Shown here one piece after another: positions 13,495 through 26,327 of a stretch of DNA of 64,000 bases. The notes under the pieces were generated by a model that saw nothing but the letters and a program-made list of their open reading frames with translations, was not told the origin of the DNA and made no database searches. Numbering within the stretch: the first letter of the stretch is position 1; each line of letters opens with the position of its first letter. The DNA is from Octopus sinensis (Eukaryota). The stretch is from assembly GCF_006345805.1 (NCBI RefSeq), contig NC_043014.1, forward strand, positions 18,972,001-19,036,000, in the 5' to 3' direction. The position numbers and the translations under genes are program-made.

Positions 13495-15163
13495 TATAAT
13501 TTCAACAATTGAGGGTAAAATTAATTAATTAATCAATTTCACCAAGTATTCAGTATGCAAAGGGACCATTTAAGGCGAATTCAAATTATTACATTATATA
13601 AAAGGGCTTAGTAAAATAAATTACTTTGCCGCATACTGAACTCATTAGAAATAGCAGCTAAAAAAACTTTTTTAAAACTATTTCTAATACTTAAAGAAAA
13701 CCTCTCTCATATAGTGTTTGCTCAACTCAACTCACGAAAGTATGGGGGTAGAGACATTAAAAAATCAAATGCAAAGGTTATTTGAGAACGTACGTTTCAA
13801 GATTAGTCAAACTCGACACTTCTATCATCAGCTCAGAACTCCCTGGTTTGGATTTGAAAACACTGAAAGTGGGAGCATACCCTTTCGGCTTCTTATCGCT
13901 TCTGAAGATCTGCTCGAAACTAACAGTGCCAGCAAACTCAAATATGCAAGCGAAGAATTTCTGCTCTCCCCTTTCCACCAGCGTGGGTTAAAATCAGTAA
14001 ACACTATGCTTTTTTCGGTAAAATCCGAGGCATTAAATAGAGAGAGATGAATTATAATTTCAACAATTGAGGGTAAAATTAATTAATTAATCAATTTCAC
14101 CAAGTATTCAGTATGCAAAGCGACCATTTAAGGCGAATTCAAATTATTGCATTATATAAAAGGGCTTAGTAAAATAAATTACTTTGCCGCATACTGAACT
14201 CATTAGAAATAGCAGCTAAAAAAACTTTTTTAAAACTATTTCTAATACTTAAAGAAAACCTCTCTCATATAGTGTTTGCTCAACTCAACTCACGAAAGTA
14301 TGGGGGTAGAGACATTAAAAAATCAAATGCAAAGGTTTTTGAGAACGTACGTTTCAAGATTAGTCAAACTCGACACTTCTATCATCAGCTCAGAACTCCC
14401 TGGTTTGGATTTGAAAACACTGAAAGTGGGAGCATACCCTTTCGGCTTCTTATCGCTTCTGAAGATCTGCTCGAAACTAACAGTGCCAGCAAACACAAAT
14501 ATGCAAGCGAAGAATTTCTGCTCTCCCCTTTCCACCAGCGTGGGTTAAAATCAGTAAACACTATGCTTTTTTCGGTAAAATCCGAGGCATTAAATAGAGA
14601 GAGATGAATTATAATTTCAACAATTGAGGGTAAGATTAATTAATTAATCAATTTCACCAAGTATTCAGTATGCAAAGGGACCATTTAAGGCGAATTCAAA
14701 TTATTACATTATATAAAAGGGCTTAGTAAAATAAATTACTTTGCCGCATACTGAACTCATTAGAAATAGCAGCTAAAAAAACTTTTTTAAAACTATTTCT
14801 AATACTTAAAGAAAACCTCTCTCATATAGTGTTTGCTCAACTCAACTCACGAAAGTATGGGGGTAGAGACATTAAAAAATCAAATGCAAAGGTTATTTGA
14901 GAACGTACGTTTCAAGATTAGTCAAACTCGACACTTCTATCATCAGCTCAGAAGCCCTGGTTTGGATTTGAAAACACTGAAAGTGGGAGCATACCCTTTC
15001 GGCTTCTTATCGCTTCTGAAGATCTGCTCGAAACTAACAGTGCCAGCAAACTCAAATATGCAAGCGAAGAATTTCTGCTCTCCCCTTTCCACCAGCGTGG
15101 GTTAAAATCAGTAAACACTATGCTTTTTTCGGTAAAATCCGAGGCATTAAATAGAGAGAGATG
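13495..15163 (-). mobile_element. Three tandem copies of a 558-bp Penelope pLTR/retrozyme-like unit
   Basis: Marker caacaattgaggg starts at 13503, 14061 and 14618 (periods 558 and 557); copies differ by only a few substitutions or 1-nt indels; each has a minus-strand hammerhead motif; (TA)n on the left. Confidence 0.85.
13777..13839 (-). ncRNA. Type I hammerhead ribozyme motif (copy 1; repeated in copies 2 and 3)
   Basis: Minus strand tgag-CUGAUGA-stem II-GAAAC-guac-GUU-cuca; TCATCAG at 13825-13831. Confidence 0.6.
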
Positions 15164-15500
15164 GCACTGTTAGTTTCGAGTAGATCTTCAGAAGCGATAA
15201 GAAGCCGAAAGGGTATGCTCCCACTTTCAGTGTTTTCAAATCCAAACCAGGGAGTTCTGAGCTGATGATAGAAGTGTCGAGTTTGACTAATCTTGAAACG
15301 TACGTTCTCAAATAACCTTTGCATTTGATTTTTTAATGTCTCTACCCCCATACTTTCGTGAGTTGAGTTGAGCAAACACTATATGAGAGAGGTTTTCTTT
15401 AAGTATTAGAAATAGTTTTAAAAAAGTTTTTTTAGCTGCTATTTCTAATGAGTTCAGTATGCGGCAAAGTAATTTATTTTACTAAGCCCTTTTATATAAT
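15162..15500 (+). mobile_element. Inverted partial copy (339 bp) of the 558-bp unit
   Basis: tggcactgttagtttcgag...aagcccttttatataat is the reverse complement of the unit interior; TG microhomology at 15162-15163; runs into (TA)n. Confidence 0.9.
15254..15317 (+). ncRNA. Type I hammerhead ribozyme motif in the inverted copy
   Basis: CTGATGA 15262-15268, GAAAC 15295-15299, palindromic stem III ACGTACGT, GTT triplet 15304-15306, stem I tgag/ctca extended by gtt/aac; the first stem II position is a U-U mismatch. Confidence 0.6.
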
Positions 15501-15526
15501 ATATATATATATATATATACATATAT

Positions 15527-15716
15527 AAAGTTAGGGAATGGAGGAGATAAAATCCAGGTTACATGTTTCATACCTAGCGGAACATCAGAAGTAGTCAATT
15601 ACCCAAACGAGCGGTAGACCGCAAGCTACTCTTCAGGCAAAGGATACTTTAATCATATGAAGTTTACGTTGTCATTAGGAGATTCCGTAATAACTCGTAG
15701 GAATTTCGATCGAAAT
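15527..15716 (-). mobile_element. TA-embedded hammerhead-bearing pLTR-like repeat (family H2), copy 1
   Basis: Homologous to 30676-30875; minus-strand CUGAAGA (15630-15636), stem II guagcuugcgg/ccgcuagguau, GAAACAUGUA; stem I is mutated. Confidence 0.7.
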
Positions 15717-15822
15717 ATATATATACTATTTCAGACACCTTGATTCGGCTCCATGCAACTTAATGTTTCGCGTTCCTCTAACAGAAGCTCATCTCTTTCA
15801 GTTTTAGATTAAATATATAAGT

Positions 15823-16052
15823 GAAGGGGCGTGCTCAGTGATTAGGGGTATTCGGCTCACTATCGAAAGGTCATGAGTTCAACACCCAGTGGCATGCTTT
15901 TTACCTGTACAGGACACTTTGTTTCACGTTGCTCCAGCCCACTCAGCCGGCAAATATGAGTAGTTCCTGTATTTCAAAGGGCCAGCCGTGTCATATTTTG
16001 TGAGAATTACGTTAATGTTACGCATGCTGTGGAGTACTCAACCTCTTGCACT
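15823..16052 (+). mobile_element. tRNA-derived SINE family D, degraded
   Basis: A-box-like gtgctcagtgatt, B-box-like gagttcaacacc, then cactttgtttcacgttgctccagcccactcagc shared with family C. Confidence 0.6.
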
Positions 16053-16069
16053 TGGTCGACCGGACGTTA

Positions 16070-16170
16070 TGGTCGATGATATTTGCCCAAGATACCACGC
16101 AGTGGGACTGATCCCAGAACCATATGGTCGTGAAGGAAACTTCTTACTACCCATCCATGCCTGCGCCCAA
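16070..16170 (-). mobile_element. SINE family B head fragment
   Basis: tgcccaagataccacgcagtgggactga...gaaccat matches the family B head in reverse. Confidence 0.65.
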
Positions 16171-16791
16171 CCTGAAAAAGCTTTAGATCTGTTGTTGATT
16201 TTGGCCACGGTTCAATAACTGAAGCATGTAAAAGAATAAATACCTGTTTATTTTCGAAGTCAGATTCCGCCGAATGTCAATATATTCTTACTTCACTAAC
16301 GGTACGAGAGTCACCATCAACGCTCCACCATTACTACTAACACTCAATAGTTATCACAACCACCGCCACAAATACCGCCGCCATCACTGCTAGTCCCCAT
16401 CACGAACACGTCAACTCTAAACCATCCCACCTATTCAGTCTCTTATCATTTATCACCCAAGTCCAATTAAATAGAAGACACTTATTGACTTCCGCTCCAT
16501 CGAACTATCGACTGGACCACCTTGTAGAATTTATTCATTTAATTATTTTTAAACTGGTGGATCACAATCTCTTCCTTCTTTCCATTCTTTCTTTCTTTCT
16601 TTCTTCCCTTCTTTCTTTCTTTCTTTCTTTCTTCTTTTCTCTCTCTGTCTATCTCTCACACTCTCTCTCAGTCTATTCCTCACAACACAAACAGACACAC
16701 AGACACAGACACCCCCCCCCACACACACACACGTCGCAACTACACACAAGATATAAAAATATATATACATTTATAGACATACATGTATGTA

Positions 16792-17016
16792 TTGGCTTGT
16801 CCAGAAAGTTCGTGCCGATTTTTAAAGGAAAGAAAAAGGTCAATAAATACTTGCCGTTACATATTTAATCAACTAAATATGAAACATTTTGTTGCACAAT
16901 GCGTCTCCATCTTTCCTCTAACTTGAAAATACCCTTTTCCCAGAACTGTGGTGCATGGGAGGGTAAGTCGAAAGGTAAGCCACTATAAATCGGCACGAAC
17001 TTTCCGGACAACCCAA
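16792..17016 (-). mobile_element. Mariner MITE (225 bp)
   Basis: TIRs ttggcttgtccagaaagttcgtgccgattt / aaatcggcacgaactttccggacaacccaa with TA on both sides; the minus strand encodes a mariner C-terminus QFWEKGIFKLEERWRRIVQQNVSYLVD*. Confidence 0.9.
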
Positions 17017-19801
17017 TATTTATTTGTGTGTACCAATGAACATACCAATATCTCTATCTATTATCCATTTAATGACATATTTTTGCGTGTGTTTGTGTGT
17101 ATGTGTGTGTGTGTGTGTGCGTGCATGTGTGCGTTGTTGTGACTGTTGTTGTTACTATTAAAACTACTACTATTACTAGAACAACAACAACAATAGTATG
17201 AATGGCTGATAGCGGGTTATTGGCAACATAGTTACAATGATAGAGAGAAATAAAACAGAAACATAGATAGACACACACGTTTCACACCAAGTCACACGTT
17301 CAAACATATATATATATATAGAAATACACGAATACAAACACGAAAGGAAAATCCGCACGAACACACACCCACACGAGTAGCTCATCCGCACAGTTTATAT
17401 ATAGAGTAACAAAGAGAGAAGGAGAGAGAGAGAGACAGGAGGAGAGCGAGGAAGAGTGAAAGAAGCGAAAGACCTCAGACATTCATACGCACACACGAAT
17501 ATATCATTATTTACGCACAGACATAAACACATACGTACATATATACACACTTCCGTACATACACCAATATACAATCACACATACAGACAGGAAGGTGGAT
17601 ACCAATGCATGCACATTGACATTCACATTGGCAAACATACACAAACATACAGACATATACAGCCATATAGTTCAAATTTACAGAAGGCACACACACACAC
17701 ACACACACACACATGTATGTAACACAGAATCAGACACACGCATGCACACATACATCCACCACTATCACTGTTACGCCAAACTTTCACTCAATAATCTATT
17801 GTAGATTCACAAAATTTCATTATCACTTTACGCTAAAGTATTGTTCAAATGGACAGTATTTCCTATCAAGCAAGGAATTTTCTTCATTCAATGGCGTATT
17901 TCAAACTTTTACCGTATTCTATAAGTAGAGATTATATCGCTATAACGACTCCTTCACTCCCATCTCTACCACCGCGACATTGCCACCACTACCACTACCA
18001 CTACCACCCGATTTCATTTCGATGTGTTTAACGAATATATTGATTCCTGAAGACGAAGTCTTAATATAAATAGCAATTCTTGTTCAAACGAATATACAAG
18101 AGGAAATTTCTATTGATTAGACAGAGGTCCCTATAATTCTCGAAGGAGGTAATAAATATATAAAAACAGAGGAAATTGTGACATTTACGTATTCCTCCTC
18201 TGCACTAACAAAAGCATTATCAACAATGAAAGTGGTTTCATAAACCGTAACTGCATCATTGTTACATAATTTGCAACTGTCTTACATAATGTGACGAATT
18301 TCTCTTTCTCATCGCACGATTCTACCTCTTTTCAGGGGGCAGAAATATATGTCAACTTCTTGCTCACTCCTAGAAAATTCCTCGGGAAAGGTGACACATC
18401 TTCGCCACAAGTGTTTCTTTGACTGAAACTTATTTATGTTAAGAGTTACCCCTTTTCAGTTGCGACATTTGCAAACCTGTCTTGCTGTTGGCGGCGGTGT
18501 CGCTGTTGTTTAGCGAGTTGTCAAAATCGCTTTCATTCGTATTATAAACTACAAAAACATGAATATCCTTTGAATCAAGCTTTTTATATTTCATGTGCAA
18601 GTATATATTCTGTATATATTTGATCACAGTTTATCTTTGTAATAGTTTTATGTTTCATCTCTGTTTTATAGTATATTTTCTATTTTCTATCCTTTTGATT
18701 GTGCGATTGTGTGTAACTTCAAAAGTATTGCTTGTGGGCGGGGAGTTTTCCAGCAATGTTATTTATTCAATAACTAGAAAAAGTATTCTAAAACGATATA
18801 TTTCGTTCAAATTAGGCGGAAAAAAATTAAACTATCATTTTATGCAGAAAGCTACAATTTAAATCAAGAAAAGATTTTACATAGTACTTATATTCTGACA
18901 CTACTTATTCAAATACATTTGGTTCCCAGCCCTACGACTAATGATAAAAATTTAAAGAGAAAGCTACAGTTTCCTTGTAATTGTGTGTCACTTTATTTTA
19001 TCGTTCTCGGGAAGATAAACGGCAGAGTCGATCTTCTTAGAAATTGAACTCAGAATATAAAAGACCATAATTAAATATGTAGATATGAAGGTAATTTCTT
19101 ATAGCTTAACCTGAAATAGATTTTGCATTGAAAGCAGAAACACTGACTTCTAACTTCCAAAGAGAAATGACAAATAAGATTTCAAGCAGTATAGAAACCA
19201 CCCGTAATTTTCAAATTTAATTCGGCTGTGAAATTCATCAGCTGACACAATAGGAACACGGTTGAGAGAGTTCCGTATGAAATATATGATGCAGAACTAG
19301 ATTGGAAAGTGTGTCATCGACAAAATATTATTCAATTTATAACTAAAACAACCAACTGACATGATTCATGTTATTCTAAATACTACTATTGTATTATTAC
19401 TTTATCGAACCTGAAACGCTGAAAGCAACGTTGAACTCTGCCGCAGATTTAAAGGTGTAAAACGATGCAATTAAATATTCCAAAGCGTGAAGGGATCGAT
19501 TTCATCGACTGTTAGATCTTTTCCCACAATATGTGGCCATCTGACTAATTTCAGGGAAAATCATTATTAATACTATCGGATTATTGTGTTGGCAGACATA
19601 TGTAGCGCCAGACAGCGAGCGTCGCCCCGAAAGTAGCATAACATATATGAGAGCAAATATTGAAGATCACGGGTAAATAGGCGCATGCAGAAAGTATGTC
19701 TGTCTGTCTTTATATATATATAACGGGAAGCTTTATGAAAATAAACAAAAGACGAAGGCAGGTGGAAAACAAACGAACAATTGTATTAGTATGGCGCTCA
19801 G

Positions 19802-19837
<36 letters not shown>

Positions 19838-21561
19838 TACTCACACACATATAATGCATGCCAGAAGATATGCACTGCAAAGAGAAGTTTCACTATCTAC
19901 TGGTCGTAGATTACGGTTCACCTCAAATTTATTAAATGGAACTCTAATATATAGTTATGTTTTAAAAGAAAAATATTGCTTGATTTTACTTGGAAGAAGT
20001 GTGTCATTTATACAATTAGAGAAGCATAAGTCTGAAACCAAATTCATTTAAAATGTGATGTTTATTAGTTGCTCGAATATTTTGAATTGACTAATAAAAT
20101 AAAAATAGCGAAGTATATTTAATGTTGACATTTTAACAAAAGTAATCTGTTACAAGTGGCTGATTGTAAAGAATCTTGTTTCAGGTATTTATCATCTGAA
20201 TACATTCGATGTCAGCAATGACTTTCTTGTGTGTGTTTGTGTGTTATATAGATTTCAAGTTTTGGTTCAATTCCGGGGGTGGAGTTAAGTCGATTACATC
20301 GACTCCAGTACTCAACTGGCACTTATTTAATCGACTCCAATAATAATGGTTTCTGATTAAGGCACAAGGTCAGTAACTTTGAAGGGTAAGGGCTAGTTGG
20401 CACTATTGACCACTGCCCAAGTACTTGCCTGAAACTAATTTTCCGAACCTTCGTAAAAAATGAAAAGCAATGACAACCGTGGCAGAATTTGTAAAGAGTA
20501 GAAAAAATGATGCAAAGCATTAAATATTCTGCCTCTGGCGCAGATATGATTCTGATAAATTTCTGATAACTTTTCCTGAATTGATCAACAGTAGGTTGTA
20601 TACTAATAACACATAAATAACATACCCTGCAGCGAGATTATAATGAAACAAAATGTCTATGGATTGAACTCGTTTAGGATACATCCATATCAGTATCTAC
20701 GTGGCCGAGTATTGTTTTGCATGTGATAGAAATTCATACCATTAGAATTCCTTGGTGTTGTTCCAAAATATGCAATCAATAGAAATATCGGAAGCAGTTC
20801 TGGACAGGGTTGACGTTGCAGATGCAAACATCGCCATATTAAATCCTCTGCAGCATTCAGCTATATCCTCCTTTCTCACAGTACCAACATACTTGATTAT
20901 TAGTATCGGTTTGGGCTGTAGTAAAGTAGATTGTTGCTGTTAGCTGTCATAGTTTTAGCCCAAGGTCAGCACTGATGGAACCGATATATTTTAGAAAATA
21001 GAACTAGGAATTTTATATGTGTTTGTGTGTACGACTATGTGCGCGCGCGCGTGTGTGTGGTTGTGTGGTTTAGAAGCTCATATTGCAACCAGATGGTGTC
21101 GAGTTCATTCCTACGACGTCGCACCTTGAACAACAATCTTCCATTATAATCCAGAGAATGAATTTAGTTGACAGAAAATGTATGTGTATGTGTTTATATA
21201 AATACATATGTGCGCACGCGCGCATGTCTGTGTGTCTTAGTGTTTATATCTTCCAACACTGGACAATTGACGTTTCGCTGCTTCATGACTGTAATTTAGC
21301 GGTTGGCTCAAATTGAACAACTGAATAAGAACCAGAATTAAAATACGTAAGTACTGGAGTCAATGTAGAAGACACTAGCACAGAGTAACACGCAGCGTGA
21401 GATTGGGAAGCAAGCTTCTTACCACACAGCCACACCTGCGCTTACTTACATACATACATGCATATATATATATATATATATGTATTGTATGTATGTATAT
21501 ATATATATATAATATATATATATATTATATATATATATATATATAATATATGTATTGTATG

Positions 21562-21634
<73 letters not shown>

Positions 21635-21657
21635 CATATATATATATGTATTGTATG

Positions 21658-21721
<64 letters not shown>

Positions 21722-21722
<1 letters not shown>

Positions 21723-21896
21723 CATTACAGATATAGGGTGAAATATAATTAATTTAATAAAATCAACAAATTTCACCTAGTAGTATTTCGGTATGGAAAA
21801 AGACCATATTCGATAAAAACTTATATAATTATAACAATAAGGGCTTTTGCAATAAGTATGTGGTCAAGCAACTTGTTGCAAAAACCCTTATTGTTA

Positions 21897-21903
<7 letters not shown>
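21722..21903. mobile_element. Short TA-embedded element related to one end of the 558-bp unit, with terminal inversion
   Basis: gggtgaaa...aatttcacctagtagtatttcggtatggaaaaagacca resembles gggtaaaa...aatttcaccaagtattcagtatgcaaagggacca; inverted repeat taattataacaataagggcttttgcaa / ttgcaaaaacccttattgttataatta. Confidence 0.65.
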
Positions 21904-21934
<31 letters not shown>

Positions 21935-22214
21935 GAGAGAGAGGAAAGTGGGAGAGAAAGATGGGTATATAAAGTTAGAAAGAAGGGAAAGGGTGAGAAG
22001 CAGAGTAGGATAGTGATAAATTACCCTATTAATCTAAAAATGTCCAACTGCCAAACATTTCAACAAGTTAAGCTGTCAGAGTATATCGTCTCCAGAGGAA
22101 TCTCAGATTGTTCAGTCTTCCCTTGGGTATCATTATGAATAGCTACCGGATTAATTTTAGCTAGCCACACAAGAGTGCACAGGACCTTGATGAGCGCTCT
22201 CTTTATCGTTTACT

Positions 22215-22445
22215 TTTTTCAGTTATTAGAATGCGATCCTGCCTGGGCGCCGCGTTGAAGAATATTCGTCAAACTAATCGACCCCAATATGTACTTTCTT
22301 TTTAAGTCCGGTACTTGTTCTATGGAGGTATTTTGCCGAACCGCTAAATTACGGGGTCGTATGCACACTAACACCGTTTTCGAACTGAACCCAGGACGCA
22401 TGTAGTTTAGAAGTAAGCTTCTTGTCACACAGCCACGCCGGCACC
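22215..22445 (-). mobile_element. SINE family B, internally deleted
   Basis: Contains reversed tail (ttttgccgaaccgctaaattacgggg) and head (gaacccaggac...cacacagccacgcc). Confidence 0.65.
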
Positions 22446-24108
22446 TTTGTTGAATTCATCGCAAACCAAAATATCGATAATAAACAGTAAAGAACTAATA
22501 TTACAATGATTGCTGATCTTGTTATTTAATCATTCTTAATAAGTTGTCCTGATTTACTAAGCATGGACCTATGATGAAAGGTTTCGTACTCATGGTGTTC
22601 GCTCCGTGCTTTGGGAGATGGTTTTACAACAACATTATCTACTATGCCCTTATCAATCTTAGTTAGGAAGATGTAATTAATGATAAATGTCTGATATTTG
22701 AAGAAGGATGGTTCGTTTGACAATATAAAGCTGTTCTCTCTTTCATAGTTGGTTCCATTATGATACTCTTATAACGTTGCTGCTGTTATTTAAATCCCAC
22801 CGTTATGAATCGGGTAGGTTCAGAGTAGATGGCATTCCACCTTGTGGTGAACTCGCCTTTTATTTAAAATCAATGCCTCTACAATTATTTTCTTCTATGC
22901 ATCCTATATTTTGCGATATTTTGAAATATAATTTGAAGGGGAATTCCTTCTTATTTCTAGCATATAGGCTGACTGCATAAAGTATTCTAGTTTCGTTCGA
23001 ATTGGTTCGAATATTTAATACTATTGTTCTGGTTTGGGTTTAGCTCCAATTTAAACAGCCTCTGACCAGTAACAGTAGCTAGAACTACACTTATCACGCA
23101 CCTTTTCTTTCTTCTAAAGAAACCGATTTTGATGTATACGTGTTTGCTATTTCGATCAAGTGATATGACTGTTACAGGTTCCCTCATAGTCTCAAGTATT
23201 ATGTAAGTAGGTTCAAATTATTGTCATTCTTATTGCTGCTGTTTAGCATGATCCAGCAGACTCATGATTAAAGATTTTCCATTTGTAACCATTTCATTTA
23301 TTTTTCTTTTATCTTTTTTTATTATTATTTTGATATATCAATTGACTGTGTATAATACTTTTTTTCAACATGCTAGTTAGAGAGGTTCGCTGTTATTTCT
23401 AACATATCGACCGACCGCATACTAATACCGTCATCGGATCTCGTATTGCAGCAGTATTCAGAAATGGTGTATTTCACCGCTGCTATTTGGTAGAGCAAGC
23501 TATACGAGGAAGGAATTCACCAAAGAAATTCCACAAGCTACAGAGAATCAAAGACGAGAAGAGTGAGAGTGAATGGGAGGGAAGGAAGGAGAGAGGGGGA
23601 GAAAGAAGAGAGAGAGGACGTGAAAGATGAGGAAATAGGTTAAATGAAAATCAATATTCGATATGACACAAGTGGAAGCAAAAGATAGGATAGGGCTAGC
23701 TAAATATAGAACACAAAACATTAGATTTACGACTAAAATATATTGGTGTTGAGGTATCGACGGCAAAATATTGAAAAAACTCATAAAATCTAAAAAAAAT
23801 GTAATATAAAAACGGATATCCTCATCTCATAGACGCATATATTGACTTGATTGCATATAACTGCAGCTACATATACACATCTTTGAATGTGTTTGTGTGT
23901 GTGTGTGCATGTATTTGCTCGCGACTGAACATACGTACACATAAGATTCTGTAGTCGCATACACATACATATATTAAAGTGTGTGTAAATCTATATATAT
24001 ATATATATATACATATATATGTTAAACGTATTTGAACGAGCAATTAAATTTGAATGCGAAATATATATTTGTATATATATATGTATATATGTAGGCATGT
24101 ATATATAC

Positions 24109-24149
<41 letters not shown>

Positions 24150-24746
24150 CACACACATATATGCACACGTGCGCACCATCGCACACGTGCACATGTGCAT
24201 ACATATATGAGTGTTTATGAAATATGCATTTACAAACATCAATTACAGTTCAAAGAGAGAATACATATAAATATAATACTTATACATATGCATACTTATA
24301 TAAATATACATACATATGAATATATATATATATATCTTGAGATATATATACACATAATATACATGTATACTTGCATATATATACATACATATATACATAC
24401 ATGCATACACGTATACATACATATACTTATATGTTCACTCATTCATTTTCACATGCTCATATATACACATCTTTTATTGTAATTTTGGTAGAATGTGCAG
24501 ACATCTTCGTTCGTAAGCTGCTGAAATATAGTAATCGAATGAATAAAACAACCAACACAAAACAAAACAAAAAAGATGCAACAGATAAACAAACAAAAAT
24601 AACAAAATAGATATTGGAACTGGCAGAAGGAATGTATATGATCTAAACGAACAAGATATGAGAACATTGCAGCAGAATGATGTGTTCATATCAGAAAGTG
24701 TAGACGAATAGAAAGCTTTAATATAGGAAGCAACAGAATGACCTGG

Positions 24747-24761
24747 AAGATGATGATGATG

Positions 24762-24795
<34 letters not shown>

Positions 24796-24865
24796 TGATG
24801 ATGATGATGATGATAATGATAATAATAATAATAATAATAACAACAACAACAACAACAACAACAAC

Positions 24866-24948
<83 letters not shown>

Positions 24949-24962
24949 TGATGATAATAATG
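24747..24962. repeat. Compound (TGA)/(TAA)/(CAA) trinucleotide microsatellite
   Basis: Direct reading. Confidence 0.95.
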
Positions 24963-25046
24963 TTCAAAGCAAGTTTTAAGTGAATTTATTAAAAGCAGAA
25001 TCAAATGACTTTATTTCATAAAATAAAAATGAAAAGTGATATGTGC

Positions 25047-25097
<51 letters not shown>

Positions 25098-25505
25098 CCT
25101 ATGTGTTTGTGTCTATGTGTGTGTGTGCGTGTGTATGTGTAGAAATGAGCAAAATCTATATATAAAAGAAATATATGGAGAATCGTGTTGCAGAGTGGAT
25201 AAATCTATCTATTTATCGATCTCTCTGTCTATATATCAATCTGCGCGTTTAGCTGATTGCTCTCTATCTGTATTTCACTCTTGCTCCGTCCATTTCTTTC
25301 TCACACAAACACACTCGCACACGCTCACGGACACATCTACACACGCTCACACACACATACACACGTAGATACGCAAACAATTGTACACGCACACACGCTT
25401 ACACACAAACATACACACACATACAAATACTCCTGCACACGCCCATACACACGCACACAGGCTCTCTCAATATATATATATAGATAAATATATATATATA
25501 TATAG

Positions 25506-25539
<34 letters not shown>

Positions 25540-25547
<8 letters not shown>

Positions 25548-25846
25548 CACGTGACCGACCAGGCTATCAGATGTTGCTACACATCGCTGGTCATAATGCG
25601 CTTCGCATTGCTTTAGCCTTCAAATGACGCCACCCCGCTGGCTAAGTGAGCAGGCCAACAGAAGAAAGAGTGAGAGAAAGTTGTGGCGAAAGAGTACAGC
25701 AGAGATCGCCACCACTCCCTGCCGGAACATCGTGGAGCTTTAGGTGTTTTCGCTCAATAAACACTCACAACGCCCGGTCTGGGAATCGAAACCGCGATCC
25801 TACGACCGCGAGTCTGCTGCCCTATCCACTGGGCCATTGCGCCTCC
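25540..25846 (-). mobile_element. tRNA-derived SINE family E, full length (resembles the octopus OR-type SINEs)
   Basis: Minus strand starts ggaggcgcaaTGGCCCAGTGGatagggc...GGTTTCGATTCCcagacc (Pol III A and B boxes); family name from recall only. Confidence 0.8.
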
Positions 25847-26327
25847 ACACGCACACGCACATACACACACACATAACACACACACACACACATATATATA
25901 GATGTACATACATACATCGTTTATATATATAGACATACATATACATAAATATATCTTATGTATATACAGGTATATATGTATATGTGTATGTATATGTGTA
26001 TTTGTGTTTATGTGTGTGTGTTTATGTGTGTGTAAGTGTCTTCATATATATATATATACGTACATATGTAAGTTTTTATGTATACATTTATGTCTATATA
26101 TTTATCCCCAGTGTTCAGTATGTCCTGTGGTCGCTCTATAATATGGATTTCCCTTAAGCATGAGTATAAACACTTAAGTGTTTGAATGTCAGCTGACATG
26201 ACAACCCGGTCACATAGTCTTTGACTTCAGTTTCGATATAATCATGTCTTAATTCTGTATGCCTTATTACTGCTACATGTTCAAATTCTCCAAGATTTTC
26301 TTATGGCAGAGAAATAATTAGTTTTAA

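Noticed and set aside
13898-13935. Plus-strand CTGAAGA-tctgctc-GAAACT-aac-AGTG in the unit, suggesting a ribozyme on the opposite polarity
   Set aside because: Stems I and II cannot pair and the cleavage position is G.
13495-15163. CRISPR-like or satellite interpretation of the array
   Set aside because: There are no variable spacers, the context is eukaryotic, and related dispersed termini exist elsewhere in the window.
13718-15375. Repeated 66-111 aa ORFs in the 558-bp unit
   Set aside because: Frames differ between copies through 1-nt indels, and no domain is recognisable.
25770-25846. tRNA gene
   Set aside because: It continues into a SINE body; this is a SINE head, not a stand-alone tRNA.
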